Positions 1 through 16,733 of a DNA stretch of 64,000 nt are shown here, piece by piece (the first letter of the stretch is position 1; each line of letters opens with the position of its first letter). The translations under genes and the position numbers were made by a program. Origin of the DNA: the human T2T-CHM13v2.0 reference genome, Homo sapiens; assembly GCF_009914755.1 (NCBI RefSeq), contig NC_060926.1. The stretch is one strand, 5' to 3'. Below the pieces are notes generated by a model. The model was not told the origin of the DNA and made no database searches. It was given only the letters and a program-made list of their open reading frames with translations.

Positions 1-24
1 AGCATTCCAGAACTAATAAAGGAA

Positions 25-272
25 GGCAATATAGTGTCAAGATTAACAGCTTGAGCTTGAGCTTGACACTGTCTGCATTCAAATCAGGCTTCTGTGTTAC
101 CAGCTGTAAGGTTTTGGTAAATTACTTCACCTCTGTGGACCTCAGTTTCATTTACAAAATTGGTATAGTTTTACCTATTTAAACTATGATCGTGCTGCTG
201 AGGATTCAATGAATTCATACCTATAAAGCAATAAGAAAGGTCCTTGACACATGGTAAGCATACAAATAAAAC
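25..272 (+). mobile_element. MIR SINE
   Basis: Core motifs TTCAAATC...AAATTACTTCACCTCTGTGGACCTCAGTTTC...GAGGATTCAATGA...GACACATGGTAAGCA. Confidence 0.7.
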
Positions 273-1371
273 ATCACTAATAGAAGCAACACTTGAAAAC
301 AATCCATTTATCTTTTACATAGTTCCATCTCTTGTGTCCTAGTAGGTTTCCAAACTTGTGGTCACACACCACTATTATTAAAATGTTAAAACATGCATAT
401 CAATATCTTTATTTTATGTATAAATAATGGAAACCTATTGCTGTAGTAATCGATTGTGTGCAATTTTAAACCAGACCACAACAATGGTTCACCAGTTCTA
501 GTTTATCTTTCTCTAATACCCTTGAGCTGCCCTAGGGCACCCCTGCATTGTCAGTGCTTAGACCTCCCATCCCTGAAGAGTTCTTTACTGAAAGCTATCT
601 GTCACCTCCTCAAGTCTTTCTCAATTCCTAAGATTTACTAAAGACAAAAGGGTAACTTCTTCTGTTGAAGGAAAGTAATTAAATTCATTATCATCTGGGA
701 ACAGTAATAGTCCTTTAACTCTCCCAGGATTATTCACATACTCAAAAAATGTCCTGTGTTATCCTTACTGAATCGTTAATCAAAGGTCAGGAGTCTGGGA
801 ACCACAGCAGGCAAGTCTACCTTAAAAGAATTCTGCTTCTCACTTTTTCCTTTTTTCCAACTCTAAAGACCAAGAGACCCTTTGGGGAGTGAATTGGTCT
901 CTGGTAGGGATCAGAGATGAAAATTTTGCTCATATAAATCACTTAAAAATTAAATTTAGAGTTATTGAAGCCTGTGTACCTGAGACAGAGGCCAGAGGAA
1001 CTGGTTAGTAGATAATACTGAGAACCAAGGTTTGGAATTTTAGTTTGCTCCAAATGATAAAGGAAACATGGAAATTTTTTGAGAAGTGCTCTTTAAAGGT
1101 AAAAGAAGTTGGATCCTGCTTTTATAAAATGCAGTATAAGCATTCTTCTGCTCTTTTGTTTCTCTTCTATCCAAGGAAATATAAACTCTTAAAATGTAGA
1201 GGGGAAACAAACCTCTTTATACCTTCCTTTTTACAGTCCAAGTCTGAGGTTACGTTTGGCTTTGGAAAGAATATTTCTTGTAACAAATAGCCCATGTCAT
1301 GAGAGTAGCACAGATAAAAGACAAACATAGACTCTTTGGGATGTTTCTATGCATCCAGTAGTACCTGAGAA

Positions 1372-1381
1372 TACACACACA

Positions 1382-1421
<40 letters not shown>
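1372..1421. repeat. (CA)n microsatellite
   Basis: Seen directly; one AA interruption. Confidence 0.95.
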
Positions 1422-1424
<3 letters not shown>

Positions 1425-1837
1425 TATAATGTATGTATTGCCCTATGCACCCTGTAGATGTGAAAGCAGAGCTGTAGCTAATACCACTCTTTGGGGCTGC
1501 CAAAATGATTCCAAAGAGCTTTATACTGATTCTCTCCTCTGGCAAGATGCTTGCAAAGGGAAATATCTGTGAGTTCTGAGGAGACCTAGGGGAAAAATGT
1601 ATTTCACAGGAATAAAAACACTTCATTAAGCATTCCTTAGGAAACCTTTCAGTTTTAGACTCTTCACAGGGAAAGATTGTTTCTTCAGGTGATTTGAATT
1701 TTGCTTTCACATACTATATGATAGCTATGATATATTTACTTGTGAGATTATTTTTTTGCAAGAATTGCAATGTCTAATAAGAGTAGACGTGGCATTGATA
1801 AAATTTCTGGGAAATCTAAAAATGATTATGCATATTC

Positions 1838-2149
<312 letters not shown>

Positions 2150-2514
2150 TGACTTTATTTTTCAAATTTGCTCTGTGCTGTATTCTGTCATTTAGAAACT
2201 CCGATAAAGATTGTTGGAGCTACATGCAGGAAAAAGAGAAGGGAGAAAGAGAGAAAGAAAGAGAGATAGAGAGAAGATTATAGAGTGATTCTATTCTTCC
2301 ATGGGTATTTTAGAGGATTCTTTAATAACATAAAACTGCTAGATGATGCACTATGAGCTAAATTACAAAATTTTAACCTATAAACCCCACTCATTCATTT
2401 AACACATGTGTATTGAATATCTACTGTATCCCAGATGCTTGGAATCTATGAATGAAAAAATAAACCAAAACGCTGTTGGAAAACATTCCTCCATGTGTCT
2501 TATACTCTTCTACA

Positions 2515-2900
2515 TCTTTCTGAGGATAAAAAGAATGTACTGCCCTGACCTGTCCTTACTTGGACCATTTCTCAATGTTGTGTTTGTAGCAAGCAAGCTT
2601 GAGGGATGAGAAAAAGTCTTCCTCTGGGACAAAGAACAGTCTTGCTTACTGCTTGCTAAAAACCAGTAGGTTACCAAGCTTACTGAGCCTTTGGTGCAGT
2701 ACAAACCCACTATGTGCATAGCATCTGTTTGGCCCCTCCACATTGCCCCTGTAGAATTTGGGGATCAAGGAGTACCAACAGAAACATGATGCTCTTGCTG
2801 CTTCCTGTGCTGTGAATAATAAGGTTCTTTGTTTTTGACCCCGGAGTCTCATGTCTTTTGCCACCATCTGTGAACATTAATAGGATAACTTTGAATCAGT
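2515..2900 (+). mobile_element. Old solo ERV LTR (LTR40/LTR47-like; subfamily uncertain)
   Basis: Motifs GCAAGCAAGCTTGAGGGATGAG, GGACAAAGAACAG.CTTGCTTACTGCTTGCTA and AATAATAAGGTTCTTTG...GACCCCGGAGTCTCATGTCTT match a recalled LTR consensus. Confidence 0.6.
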
Positions 2901-3742
2901 CCCAGACATGCCAAAACCCTGCCCTCATTCAACTTATATTCTAGACCATAATGTTTCAGTTCTATCATGATTTCATATTTTTATAAAATTTAAAATCGTC
3001 TTTGCTTATTTCTGCTCCTTCTCTCACGATCCATCAACTAGGCCTTCTACGTATGTCTCATCACCATTACCCCTACAACATTGAATTATCTATCTTAGAA
3101 CACATGCCTGTATATTATAAAATTTCACAGGAAATTAATAAATCTTAAGCAATATGATTTTTTTATAGGAAAGTCACTCCTCTAAGGCACAGATGACAAT
3201 TTAAGTACTAAGAGGCAGAATCATTTTGTAAAACCATCACTAATTGACTGCTAACGGCAGGAAATTCAGTCATGTGTTTTTGCTAGAGGTCAGTACCAAT
3301 TAGTGATACATTATCAGCAGGATTTCTCTTTCAAAATCATTTATAATATTCAGGTAACTCTTCCCCCACCAGCTACTTGCTTTTTAGAGATGAGTTTACA
3401 AACTCATTATAGTTGGATTGTTTAGAGATTATGGAGCCAGGGTTAGTTTGTCATGTTAGGTCTTCTGATATGTAAAATATAGCATATTTCAAATGGTTTC
3501 TAATGCAAAAGTTATGTGTACCCTCAAGCCATGAAAGTCATGTATCCTTGCTTCAATACATAATTTTTTCTTTGAAAAATACCCCAGGAAAACAGGTAAA
3601 GTGACTAGAAATTATTGAAGAAGAAAGACATGTTGAGCATGAGGCTTCAGGGGAGAACTGTTGAATGTCATCTTATCATTCAGAATTAAAGAAAATATAT
3701 TTAGGAAATATAAATGCTTATGTATTTAGCCCATTGTTTAAT

Positions 3743-4000
3743 TATTCATTCATTCAGTTTAAACCAACATATATAAGTGAGTTTTAGTGCCCAGCAGTGT
3801 GCTGTACCCTGAGGGTTCCATAGTAAGATATAGTCCTTGCAACCCAAGGCCTGAGTAGAGGAGAGAGACACACACACGCTCACATTTTTATTATCAGTAT
3901 CGAAGCAAGCATGCTTTGGAAATGTGTAGAAAGAACAGTTACTTCATCCTAGGGACTCTGTGGAAGGCTTCCTGGTGGTGACATTTGAGCTGAGTCTCAA
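3743..4000 (-). mobile_element. L2 LINE 3' fragment
   Basis: ATTCATTCATTC tail and GGAAGGCTTCCTGG.GGTGACATTTGAGCTGAGTCT motif. Confidence 0.6.
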
Positions 4001-4091
4001 TTTTATTTTTCTGGTAGATATTGAGTGATAATTCTATGCCAGACATTGTGCTCAAGTAATTCTTCTATCCATAGTTTTGAAAATGATTAGA

Positions 4092-4780
<689 letters not shown>

Positions 4781-5015
4781 GAAATTGAGAAGATTAAGAA
4801 AATTTGAAGTGCAAGCCCAATTTTAAAATGTGATCTATCTATAGAAAAATCACAGTTATAGTAAAATTTTCCCTTTGTTTTTGATATTTGCAACCCTCCC
4901 AAATCACTCACTGACAGCCAGCAAACAGAGGGTACACAAATAAACCCAACTGTCCCTCTCTTAGCTGCCCTTATGACCTCTGCTTTAATTCCAATTCTGC
5001 AGCCCTGTATCTCCA

Positions 5016-5319
<304 letters not shown>

Positions 5320-6876
5320 TGGATCTTTATTTTAAATGTAGAATTTCAGACATATGGATCCAGTAAAACAGCATAGATTAAATTCCTCCTTTGTTTTTTA
5401 ATGACTTAGATTTTTATTCAGGATAAGTATAGTAAAGGCTTTTTTAGATTTAATGGCATTTCTGTTTTTTTAAGCATGCATCAAGATTTCATCCTTCCCA
5501 GCAAAGTTAAAAGTTCAAGTATGTGGTTTTGGGCCCAGTCTTGCTCTCCAGAATAATTTCTAAGAGATTTTAGAATTTTTTTGTTGCTCTTGTTGCTGTT
5601 GAGGATTTGTTTTGTTTTGTTTCTTTGTTGTTGTTTTTAAGTGATGTTCTGACCTGGATTATCATGATATATTAGGCTTGACAGGGTTGAATTGTTGGAC
5701 CAGATGAAATACTGCTTGGGAAGTCACTGAGCAGGTGGAAAATGCTGTTTAATCCTTGTAACAGGAGAGGCTCATGGTGGTATTGAGAAAATGTAAAACG
5801 CAGCAAAACAGGTTAGTAGAGCTGAAGAATAGCAAATGTTTCCTTCTGTCATTGTGTCAGAATGCCTCATGCGGCTTTATTTTGCACTGAGATATTCCAT
5901 GTCCCCAAAATATTTCTCCGATGGTGGTAATGAATTGCATTGCCCTCTTGGTTGCAACAGCGCGGGTATTCTGCTGAGGAGCCATATGGTTCCCATTTAT
6001 TTTAATGTGTCTTTGACATCAGGAGAATTGCTGAGACAGCAGAGGGAAGTGCTTACACCTTGGACTGCAGCCAGAACTGTGATTATTTATGTTTAGTAAC
6101 AACTACCTTTTTTTCCCAATAAAAAAAGATATAATATGAAGATGTTATTCATATTGAGATTTTAATAACACTAGAGTATAGGTTTATATATTTTGGAAAT
6201 AACTGTTACTTTAGTGGCAGTGAAATTTGTTTCTTAAGCATGAAGTTTTAGTGTTTAATTGCACATATGAGAGATTAAGGAAACAAGCTGGGAAGTAGGT
6301 GGTACTTGTTTTCTCCCTGATAATAAAGGAACACACTTTTTATTTGGTTTAACGGCATCACCGAGATAGTACTCGGCATATGTAATGCTTTCCATCTGTG
6401 GTTCATAAGGATTTTTACAAATGTAATTATTTCTTATAATATTCCTGTGAGGTAGATAAACATAATTCTGAAAATATTAATGGAGGAACTAAGAAATGCA
6501 GATGCTCATTAATATAACTTGTATAATGGATTTTAGCAAGTATTAAAATTCAGACTTTAAATCGATTACATTATTTGACAACTTATTATTTTGCAGACAT
6601 TGGGATAGGAAAATATTTTCTCTAATTCATTAGCAATATGACATGCTTACAATAAAAAAAACCAGCCTTTAAAAATGAAAAGGCAGATACCTCAATAATG
6701 TATGTTCCATATGTAAATGTTAATATTGGCTGTGTGGAAATCTTTAAAATTCCCTGGAAAATATTAATGTTATCTAAAATATATAGATAGTGTGGAGAGA
6801 GAAAGGAGCTGATAACATTGATCAAAATTCTTTAAAATGGTTCTCAACAGTAATGACGTCAGGTGATAGCTGAGTA

Positions 6877-7245
6877 CAGATAGTCCCTGACTCCTTAATG
6901 CTGGTTGGACTTACATTTTTTGATTTTACAATGGTGAGAGAGCAGTAGGCATTCAGTAGAAACCGTACTTTGAGTACCCATACAACCATTCTGTTTTTCA
7001 CTTTCAGTACAGTATTCAGTAAATTACATAAGATATTCAATGCTTTGTTATAAATAGGCTTTTCATTAGATGATTTGGGCCCCTGTAGGCTGATGTAAGG
7101 TATTCTGAGCATATGTAAGCTAGGCTAGGCTGTTACGATGTTCTGTAGGTTAGGTGTATTAAATGTATTTTGACTTAACAATATTTTCAACTTACAATGG
7201 GTTTCTTGGAAAGTAACCCCATTGAAAGTTAAAACGGAGCTTCTG
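6877..7245 (-). mobile_element. MER47A-like TcMar-Tigger MITE
   Basis: TA|CAGATAGTCCCTGACT...GGAGCTTCTG termini; internal CATTCAGTAGAAACCGTACTTTGAGTACCCATACAACCATTCTG. Confidence 0.8.
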
Positions 7246-7785
7246 TGTATTATATAGAACGGGGGGAAAATTCCTAATTTTTGGTCTGCTTTGGTTAGAG
7301 CTGAGCAAAATTCAGTGCCTATATTTAGCAAAACATTAATATTGCATTGTGTTTCCAATATTTTGCTCAAGGATTTTAATATATAATTTTTTTAAGTGAT
7401 TTGTCGTGTAAGAACAAAATTGAAGCAAAAGGAAGACTGATTGTGAAATGTAGAACTGGAACACCAAAATTCATGATGCCTAGTTCTATAAATTTGATTG
7501 ATTTATTGATGCAAAAGGAAAATCATATATCTAAATTAGAACAAAAATTAGTAGATCACTCAGTGGTACAATTTTACATATAATTTAATCTAAACTTTTA
7601 GTTTAACAATTCACCATCCCCAATATTAATTGCATTTTATGTTGATGGCTAGGGCATTCTGCAGTTACATTATATTTTCAGTGGGTTGTTAGTTCTACAT
7701 AAGCAGGAGGATCAGTGCTAAGTCAATTAGATATAAAAATTATTTATAAAAGATAAAATAATTTTTTAAAAAGATTTTTTTGCTT

Positions 7786-7828
7786 TCTTGATCTGCAGTC
7801 CAATGCTCTACCTTTGAGCTGTACCCCC
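7786..7828 (-). pseudogene. 3'-truncated tRNA-Cys(GCA) retropseudogene (5' 43 nt only)
   Basis: Minus strand reads GGGGGTACAGCTCAAAGGTAGAGCATTGGACTGCAGATCAAGA, a near match to the 5' part of vertebrate tRNA-Cys-GCA (GGGGGTATAGCTCAGTGGTAGAGCATTTGACTGCAGATCAAGA). No T-arm. Flanked by TTTTTGCTTT direct repeats. Confidence 0.85.
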
Positions 7829-10800
7829 TCTTAAATTTTTGCTTTTTTAATTTCAAGTTTATAACTTTAAAATATGGTATGTCTTGCTTTTGTCCTAGCA
7901 AACAAAGTGCCGTTTTTTGTTGTTGTTTTTTGTAGATTACTCACAAGAATTAGTGGGGAAGAGGAGGGGGCGTCCTTAAAAAATAAAATGTGTGGATGAA
8001 CAATTGCTAGTTTTGCAAAGTGATCATCTTTTGTGAGTTAATCATATTAATTATTTATGACATGAAGGCTGGAAGGTCAAAGTGTGTGTTAAATTTTCAC
8101 ATGCAGCTTTCAGAATTTACATCAAAATCTTGGGCAATAAACCTTACTTTTTTCCAACCTGAGAATTTTCAGTAGATGAGTATTCGATCAAACCAAACCA
8201 ATGAAGTCAAATTCAGCTTACAGAGAGCTGAACAGCCTGGGCTGTGCCTGTCAAGAGAGACTGGGAGGAGAGCTGGTTCCCTTCATGCATATCTCTTGCT
8301 TGCTTGTGTGGACGTAACTGACAGACTGAATGGATGACGACGTGACATGCATGTTCATGATCCAAAACAAAGCTTTAGTCAATCAGCTTCAAGGGTCATC
8401 TTTTTATATTACTTCTGTTCTTGCTATTTTGTTCTTGTTGTTTAAATGCATACACAGTATTTGCACATATCTTGATAGAATACTTATTATGTCACTTAGT
8501 CTTATATGAGAGGGTTTTTTTCTTTGTAAACTAGCAATTTAAACAAAAGAGTCTTGTCTTGAATTATTTCACTCAGAAGCTGCAATGTGCAAAAGACATT
8601 ATTAGTCTTGAGGGTAATCCATTGTGAATATTTTCAATTTCATATAGGAATGGGAAATATTTACAGCTAAATGGATATGCTACCTAATCCTATGTATGAA
8701 TTATAAACCTAGTTCTCCTCTACCAAAGGAATGATATCAGAATGACAACTGGTTCTTATATGTGTCTATCATATTTTATATGGTCTAGTCTACTTGCTGC
8801 TTTACTAATACATAAGTTGGTTGGTTGGTTAGAAATAGAGAAGAGTGGTATTTAAGGACTGAGGAGAGACATGCACTACAATTTTAATAGCACTTAGAGC
8901 TATTAGTCGTAATACAGGGAACCGAATATATCAGCAAGAAATAGACTTGGACTAAAAATGATGAGCATCACCTAAGTGGAGGCTACTTTTTCTTGATTTT
9001 TATTTTTGAATGCTACTTTCATAGTAATAAGCAATAGTAAAAAAGGAAAAAAATAAGACCCCTGACTTGTTGTCCTTTAGGTACATTAAGATACTTTTTT
9101 ACATTTACTGCCTGTGTTTCAGTTCTGATTATTCTTTTGGGAAGAAAAATAACTTAATTCCAAAACATTGGGTAATTAAAAATATTCCCCTACATCATGC
9201 CCATTGTTTAAGGTGGGTTTTTTTTCTTTTGTTTGTGATTGTTAGTATGTGTTTTAAACTCTTTATAACTGAATGTAAAATAACAGATCAGCTTATATTA
9301 CATACTTAAGGTAATTTGGATTTTGTTCATGGTAAGAAAGAAAATAGTCCCAATTAGTCTTTATTTTCATTTTGCTTCTCATTCACCCACGATACTTCTT
9401 TAGTATAAGTCTTTTGGAGTTTTTTCCACTTAAACAATGTATTACTAAATACCTTATTTGAGCAAATTAAATTTAAAAAGACGACTGGGGCAAGTATATT
9501 CAGGAAACGAGAATGTGCCTGGAATAAAAAAGGACAATTAGAACAAGGAAAGATTGCTTTTAATACCAAACTAGACTTCATTTTCCAAGGAATTACTCCT
9601 ATAGTTCTTAGTTGCTAGACCCATTTTTACTTGGTTAAGATGAGATCAGGTAGGTGACACAGTTATCAAGAGAAGCCAACCTTGGCTATCATGTCAAGTT
9701 GGAGAAGCTTTGAGCATATGATCACAGGAAATTTACAGAAGTCATTTGTAAATGTTAAGTTAATCTTAATAACTTCAATCATTGGAAATTGATTTACTAT
9801 TCAATCTGTTATGCTAATTTCTATACAAAATAATTTCTGGTGAAACTGGATCTTCTGTTTTTAAGCTAAGCTTCCTGGTTTGATAACAGATTTAGTCTTG
9901 ATTTGTTCTTCAAAAGGTAAGAAGCAACACACACAACTTCAGAGCCCCTGATCAATTTGGTCTGTATGATTTAAAAACACAAATTTTCATTGCCCAGGGC
10001 TTACCAAGAAAAACAAGTTGATTTCAGCAATCTCATTTCACTTCTACTAAGTTTCATCTAAATAAATAAATTCAAAACCATAGACTTGCAAATTATCTGG
10101 CATTTTCCTTTTGATCAGCTTAAGAGAGATAAGTTTATTATTGACTTTAGACCCAAATGGTAGAATTAATATCTTCCACAATTCTTCTCTCATTTAACAT
10201 GAAACTAGACCATAAACTTTCAACCTCCATGTGCCAAAATACATAACTCTGTTTACTGCTTTCTGCCTTTCTAGCAGGACTTTGCTGATAGGTGTTGACA
10301 TAAAAAACAACAAGTGTACTTAAAGAGGATGACCAGCTCATTGCTCAAGCATTCGCTCCAGAGTTGTTGCCCTGTGGTGGAATTGGTAGTCCAGAACCTG
10401 GTCTTCAATTTTACAGGCCCAGATATATGATTATCTGTGTGCATGCAGAGATGGCCAAACTCAAGTGGAATGATACACTAATAATGTTTACAAATGGCTA
10501 AAGCACAAATCAGAAAGCAAATTTGATTATTTTCAATAAGAAATAAAATTGACAAGTCAGGCAGATAATCTGGTAAACTTGAAGATTTATTCCATACTAT
10601 ATAAACAGATTGATTTGTGAGTGTGGAAAGAGAAAAATCAGTTGAATTTTCCTAGAGCCTAGTGTGAATCAGCTGTGATACTTGATATACTCATCCCCTG
10701 TAGGGATCAGAATATTCAGAATATTTATTTCACCAGAGTACTTGCTTCCCTGGATGATACTGCAAACATGCTGAATAATTCTTAGTTTTTGGTTTCCATT

Positions 10801-10894
10801 TTTAATCTGTTCTTTTCACGAGTTCGTTCTTTATATAATTTATAGTACAGATTATTTTATGTGCCTATATTCTTACCCTGGCATTGTGGATTAG

Positions 10895-11267
<373 letters not shown>

Positions 11268-11504
11268 TAGTGAATATCAGTAACTGTGTGTTTATTCATT
11301 TAATTTATAAAGATCAGTATTATCTCTACTATATGTGAACATTTTACAGTAACACCAATATGGCCAGATATGCTGAACATAATGGTGTTCCCAAGACCTG
11401 GGCAGTGTATATAGTAGTGTTGTATATAGACACTTTTGCTTCAGGCTGGTATTATGTTGGGATAAAAGAAAAGGAGCTGAAAGACACTTAAAAAATAGTG
11501 TCAA

Positions 11505-11808
<304 letters not shown>

Positions 11809-11815
11809 CTAATTA

Positions 11816-12132
<317 letters not shown>

Positions 12133-12937
12133 TAATTTTCAGAGCTCTCACGAAAGGCACATTCTCCTCCCTCCTTTTCTTGCTCTTGACCTTGCTATAG
12201 TAAAGCCAATACTGAACTCTGTAGAGACACAAAGTAGAGCTTAATCTTCTTGGAAAGGGCACAAATTACTAGGTAGGTATATCAGGGAGGTTTCAGATTC
12301 CCTACGGCAGATGTGCTGAGTGAATTTAGTCTGCTTCTCCCAGGCTCAAAGGGCAGAGACTCTTTTTTATGACTTCATTTTGTGATGTTAGTCAAATTAA
12401 GGCCTGGAGTCAGGAGATAGCCCATAAAGGCTCATGTTAGTCCTCTGATTGAATCATCAGAAGAGAGACTTGGGTGGCTCTTAACTTCAGGAAAGCCACA
12501 CTTATAATATCCCCTGTAAGGCTGATCTTGTAGTATTTTGAAGACTTCCTTTTAAATAGATTCCATAGGCTTTTGAATCATTGTTCTCACAATGTTATGT
12601 ATAATATGCAAATGCTAAAGTAAACACAAACACATGTTTGAATTATGAACCCTAATAGATAGGAGGAAGCACTATTCCTAATTCCTTTTGACAGTGTCAG
12701 CTCTGCCAGGGGCCCAGCTGAAGGCCTTCTGCTCCCTGACACTATTGTCGTCTTCAAGGCCTTAGAAAATCACTTCCAAACTCTAGCTTTTAGGGAAAAG
12801 GTAATTTGGCTTTTCTGGGAAAGCATGATGCAATAGATTCATCCAGAAGGGTGAAGAATTCTTATAATCTCAAACTGCAGGTGGAGATCTAAATACATTT
12901 AGAAAGGAAATTTGTTGAGAGTGCCACCAATTGTCTA

Positions 12938-13324
<387 letters not shown>

Positions 13325-13607
13325 TCAAACCTTTTTCCTTGTCTATAAATTTATGGCCTTGAATAATAATGCCTTTAGGGCATCATTTTTATGATATCAA
13401 GAGCAAAAAAGATAGAAAGTTATCATCACAAAACCAGAAGCTCTAGCCTGCTGTAAGGGGTAATGTATGAGATTGTTGGATTTGATAGCAGATTACTGGG
13501 CAGATTGTTAAATTTGCCTTCTCTGGTGATCTTTTACATTTCGACAAATTCTTCCTTGTTTTGAGATGATTTAAACATATGGTTATGAAATGGATCAGAA
13601 CTTTTAA

Positions 13608-14292
<685 letters not shown>

Positions 14293-14559
14293 CCATAACA
14301 TGATATTAATCATAGCAGCCTCTATATATTTGGCTTGAATGTTTCATGGGGGAAAAATGAGACAAAGGAGCTTGAACCTCCTTGGAAGAAGATTCTTACC
14401 TAAATCCAATTAGAGTCAATTTTTTTCATTGCTTACACAGCCTTCCAAATCAAAATCGTCTTGAAACCAGCAGCAGTTGACATCTTCCAGAGGTAGTATG
14501 ATGCCAAATCTCAGCCTTGCTCACCTCCCTTAGTGTGGCCTCAGCTGTATGCTGAAATA

Positions 14560-14775
14560 TGGTAGCGAAAAGACTGTGCTCTGAATAACAGATCCCAGTT
14601 TTTTCATTAGTTATAGGACCTTGGCCATGTTTTTTAACCGTTGATAATTTGGTTTCCTAACAATTGGGACATGAGTAATATCAACCAGGGAGTTCTAAGG
14701 ATAAAATGAGATAATTCATGTAAAGTTCCCCGCATAGTACAGCACATGGGAAACACTCCATAAATGTTGAATTAT
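14560..14775 (+). mobile_element. MIR SINE
   Basis: GACCTTGG...AAGGATAAAATGAGATAATTCATGTAAAG...GCACATGGGAAACACTCCATAAATGTT. Confidence 0.6.
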
Positions 14776-14842
14776 AGCATTTTGCCATCAGAGGATTTCT
14801 TCTCAGTTCATTTTCTTCTGTTCATTTTTCTGCTTGAGCACT

Positions 14843-15299
14843 TGTATCAGTTTCCTTGGGCTCCCGTAAAAATGACGACAAACAAGATGACTTACTACAG
14901 CAGAAACTGCTCACTGTTCGGGAGGCTAGATGACCAAGGTGTTGGCAGGGCCCGGCTCCCTCTGAAACCTTTGGGAAAGGATCTTTCCTTGCACATTTCA
15001 GTTTCTGGTAGCCCCCGACATTCTTGGCTTGTGGTGGAGAATCTCCATCTCCATGTCAGTCTTCACACGGTGTTCTTTCTGTGTCTCTTCACATCATCTT
15101 CCCTCTACGCATGTCTGTGTCCAAATTTTAACTTTTATAAACACACCAGTCATCTTGGATAAGGGCCCACCCTAGTGACCTCATTTTAATTTGTTTACTT
15201 CTGTAAAGTCCCTATTTCCAAAAGAGACTACATTCCGAGGTACTCGGGATTAGGACTTTAGCATATTTGGTGGAGAGGGACAAAATTCAACCCCTAATA
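14843..15299 (-). mobile_element. MLT1 (B/C-like) MaLR LTR
   Basis: TGTATCAGTTTCCTTGGGCT ... AAGGGCCCACCCTAGTGACCTCATTTTAA ... GGGACAAAATTCAACCC. Confidence 0.8.
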
Positions 15300-15679
15300 G
15301 AAAAGCAGATAGGAAAAAAATAATGAACTGAGAAGAAATCCTCAGCTAGCAAAATAATAGCATGATTCTTTCTTCTCAACTAAGTGTGTCCTTCCTTCCC
15401 CAGTGGGGGTGGATCGTATAATTTGGCAGCGAATTAGGAGCTTTTAGGTTTAGGCTTACCTGTCTCACTAACAGTCTACATCAAAAAAAGTCACTCAAAT
15501 TCTACAGACCTGGGTTACTTCAATGTAAAATGAAGGGGCTGAACCAGATGATTCTACCATGGCTTCTAATTTCAAGAGGCCATGTTTACAAAGTGTGGCC
15601 CTCTTCTTCTCAACTACAGTCAGTGTCTACATCTCCTGGATTCTCCGTGCATCTTGATGTTCCTGTAACTAATAATAAA

Positions 15680-15832
15680 GGCTCCCATCATTACCACAAA
15701 AAAATCAATATGTGAGATAATTGATATGTTAATTAGTTTGATTGAGCATTTTCACAGCACATACATATATCAAAGCATCACACTGGGCATCATAAATATA
15801 TATAATTTTTATTTGTCAATTAAAAAAATAAG
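15680..15832 (+). mobile_element. L1M 3' end fragment
   Basis: TATGTGAGATAATTGATATGTTAATTAGTTTGATT...ATATCAAAGCATCAC...AATTTTTATTTGTCAATTAAAAAAATAA. Confidence 0.7.
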
Positions 15833-16199
15833 AAGAAGAAAAAGTAGTTCTGATATATCTCAGGCAATTTCATTTGTCCCAATGTATACTTGCATTAGAA
15901 TCCCATTGTTCATAATGCTATTTAATGAGAACACTGGTCTTTTCAAGTGAAAGTTTTATTAGATTTAGATTGATAAAATATCTAAATAGTGCCAGTGAGC
16001 CTTTTTGTGTGTGTTTTTATTGCTTTTTGAAATTTTCTAAAATTTGTTGACATTTGTTTTAATGTCAAACACCCTCCACATAGAAATAAGATCCGAGGTA
16101 TGAGGGTTTGTACTATGTGTCTTTTTTGATTATAGTATAATACAACTCCTGTGAAAGTCATAAAACCAAAGTTCAAAGGATTAGAGGAAATGAGAAATT

Positions 16200-16733
16200 A
16201 TAGTTGTCCCTGGTTATCTGCAGTTTTGATTTCCCCAGTTTCAGTTATCTGTGGTCAAGCACAATCCAAAAATATTAAATGAAAATATCCTGAAATAAAC
16301 CATTTTTAGTTTTAAATTGCAGGCTGTTGGGAGTAGTGTGATGAAATCTCACACTGTCCCATTCCCATTCCCCAAGGATTTGAATCTTCTCTTTGTCCAG
16401 CACATCAGTGCTGTCTATGCTACTGGCCCATTAGTTACATAGTAGCCATCTCGGTTATCAGATCAACTGCCATGGGTATCCCAGTGCTTATGTTCAAGGA
16501 ATCCTTATTTTACCTAATAATGGCCCCAAAGCACAAGACTAGTGATGTTCATATATTATTATAATTGCTTTATTTTACTGTTAGCTGTTGTAATTAATTT
16601 CTTACTGTGCCTTATCTTAGGTAGGTATGTATAGGAAAAAACATAGTATATACAGGGCTCAATACTGTCCGTGATTTCAGGCATCCACAGGAAGTCTGAG
16701 AACATATCCTCTAAAGATAAGGGGGGACTACTA
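16200..16733 (+). mobile_element. MER44-like TcMar-Tigger element
   Basis: Terminal inverted repeats TAGTTGTCCCTGGTTATC ... GATAAGGGGGGACTACTA with TA flanks. Confidence 0.8.

Noticed and set aside
7786-7828. Functional tRNA-Cys gene
   Set aside because: Lacks the T-arm, B-box and 3' acceptor strand, so it cannot fold or be transcribed as a tRNA.
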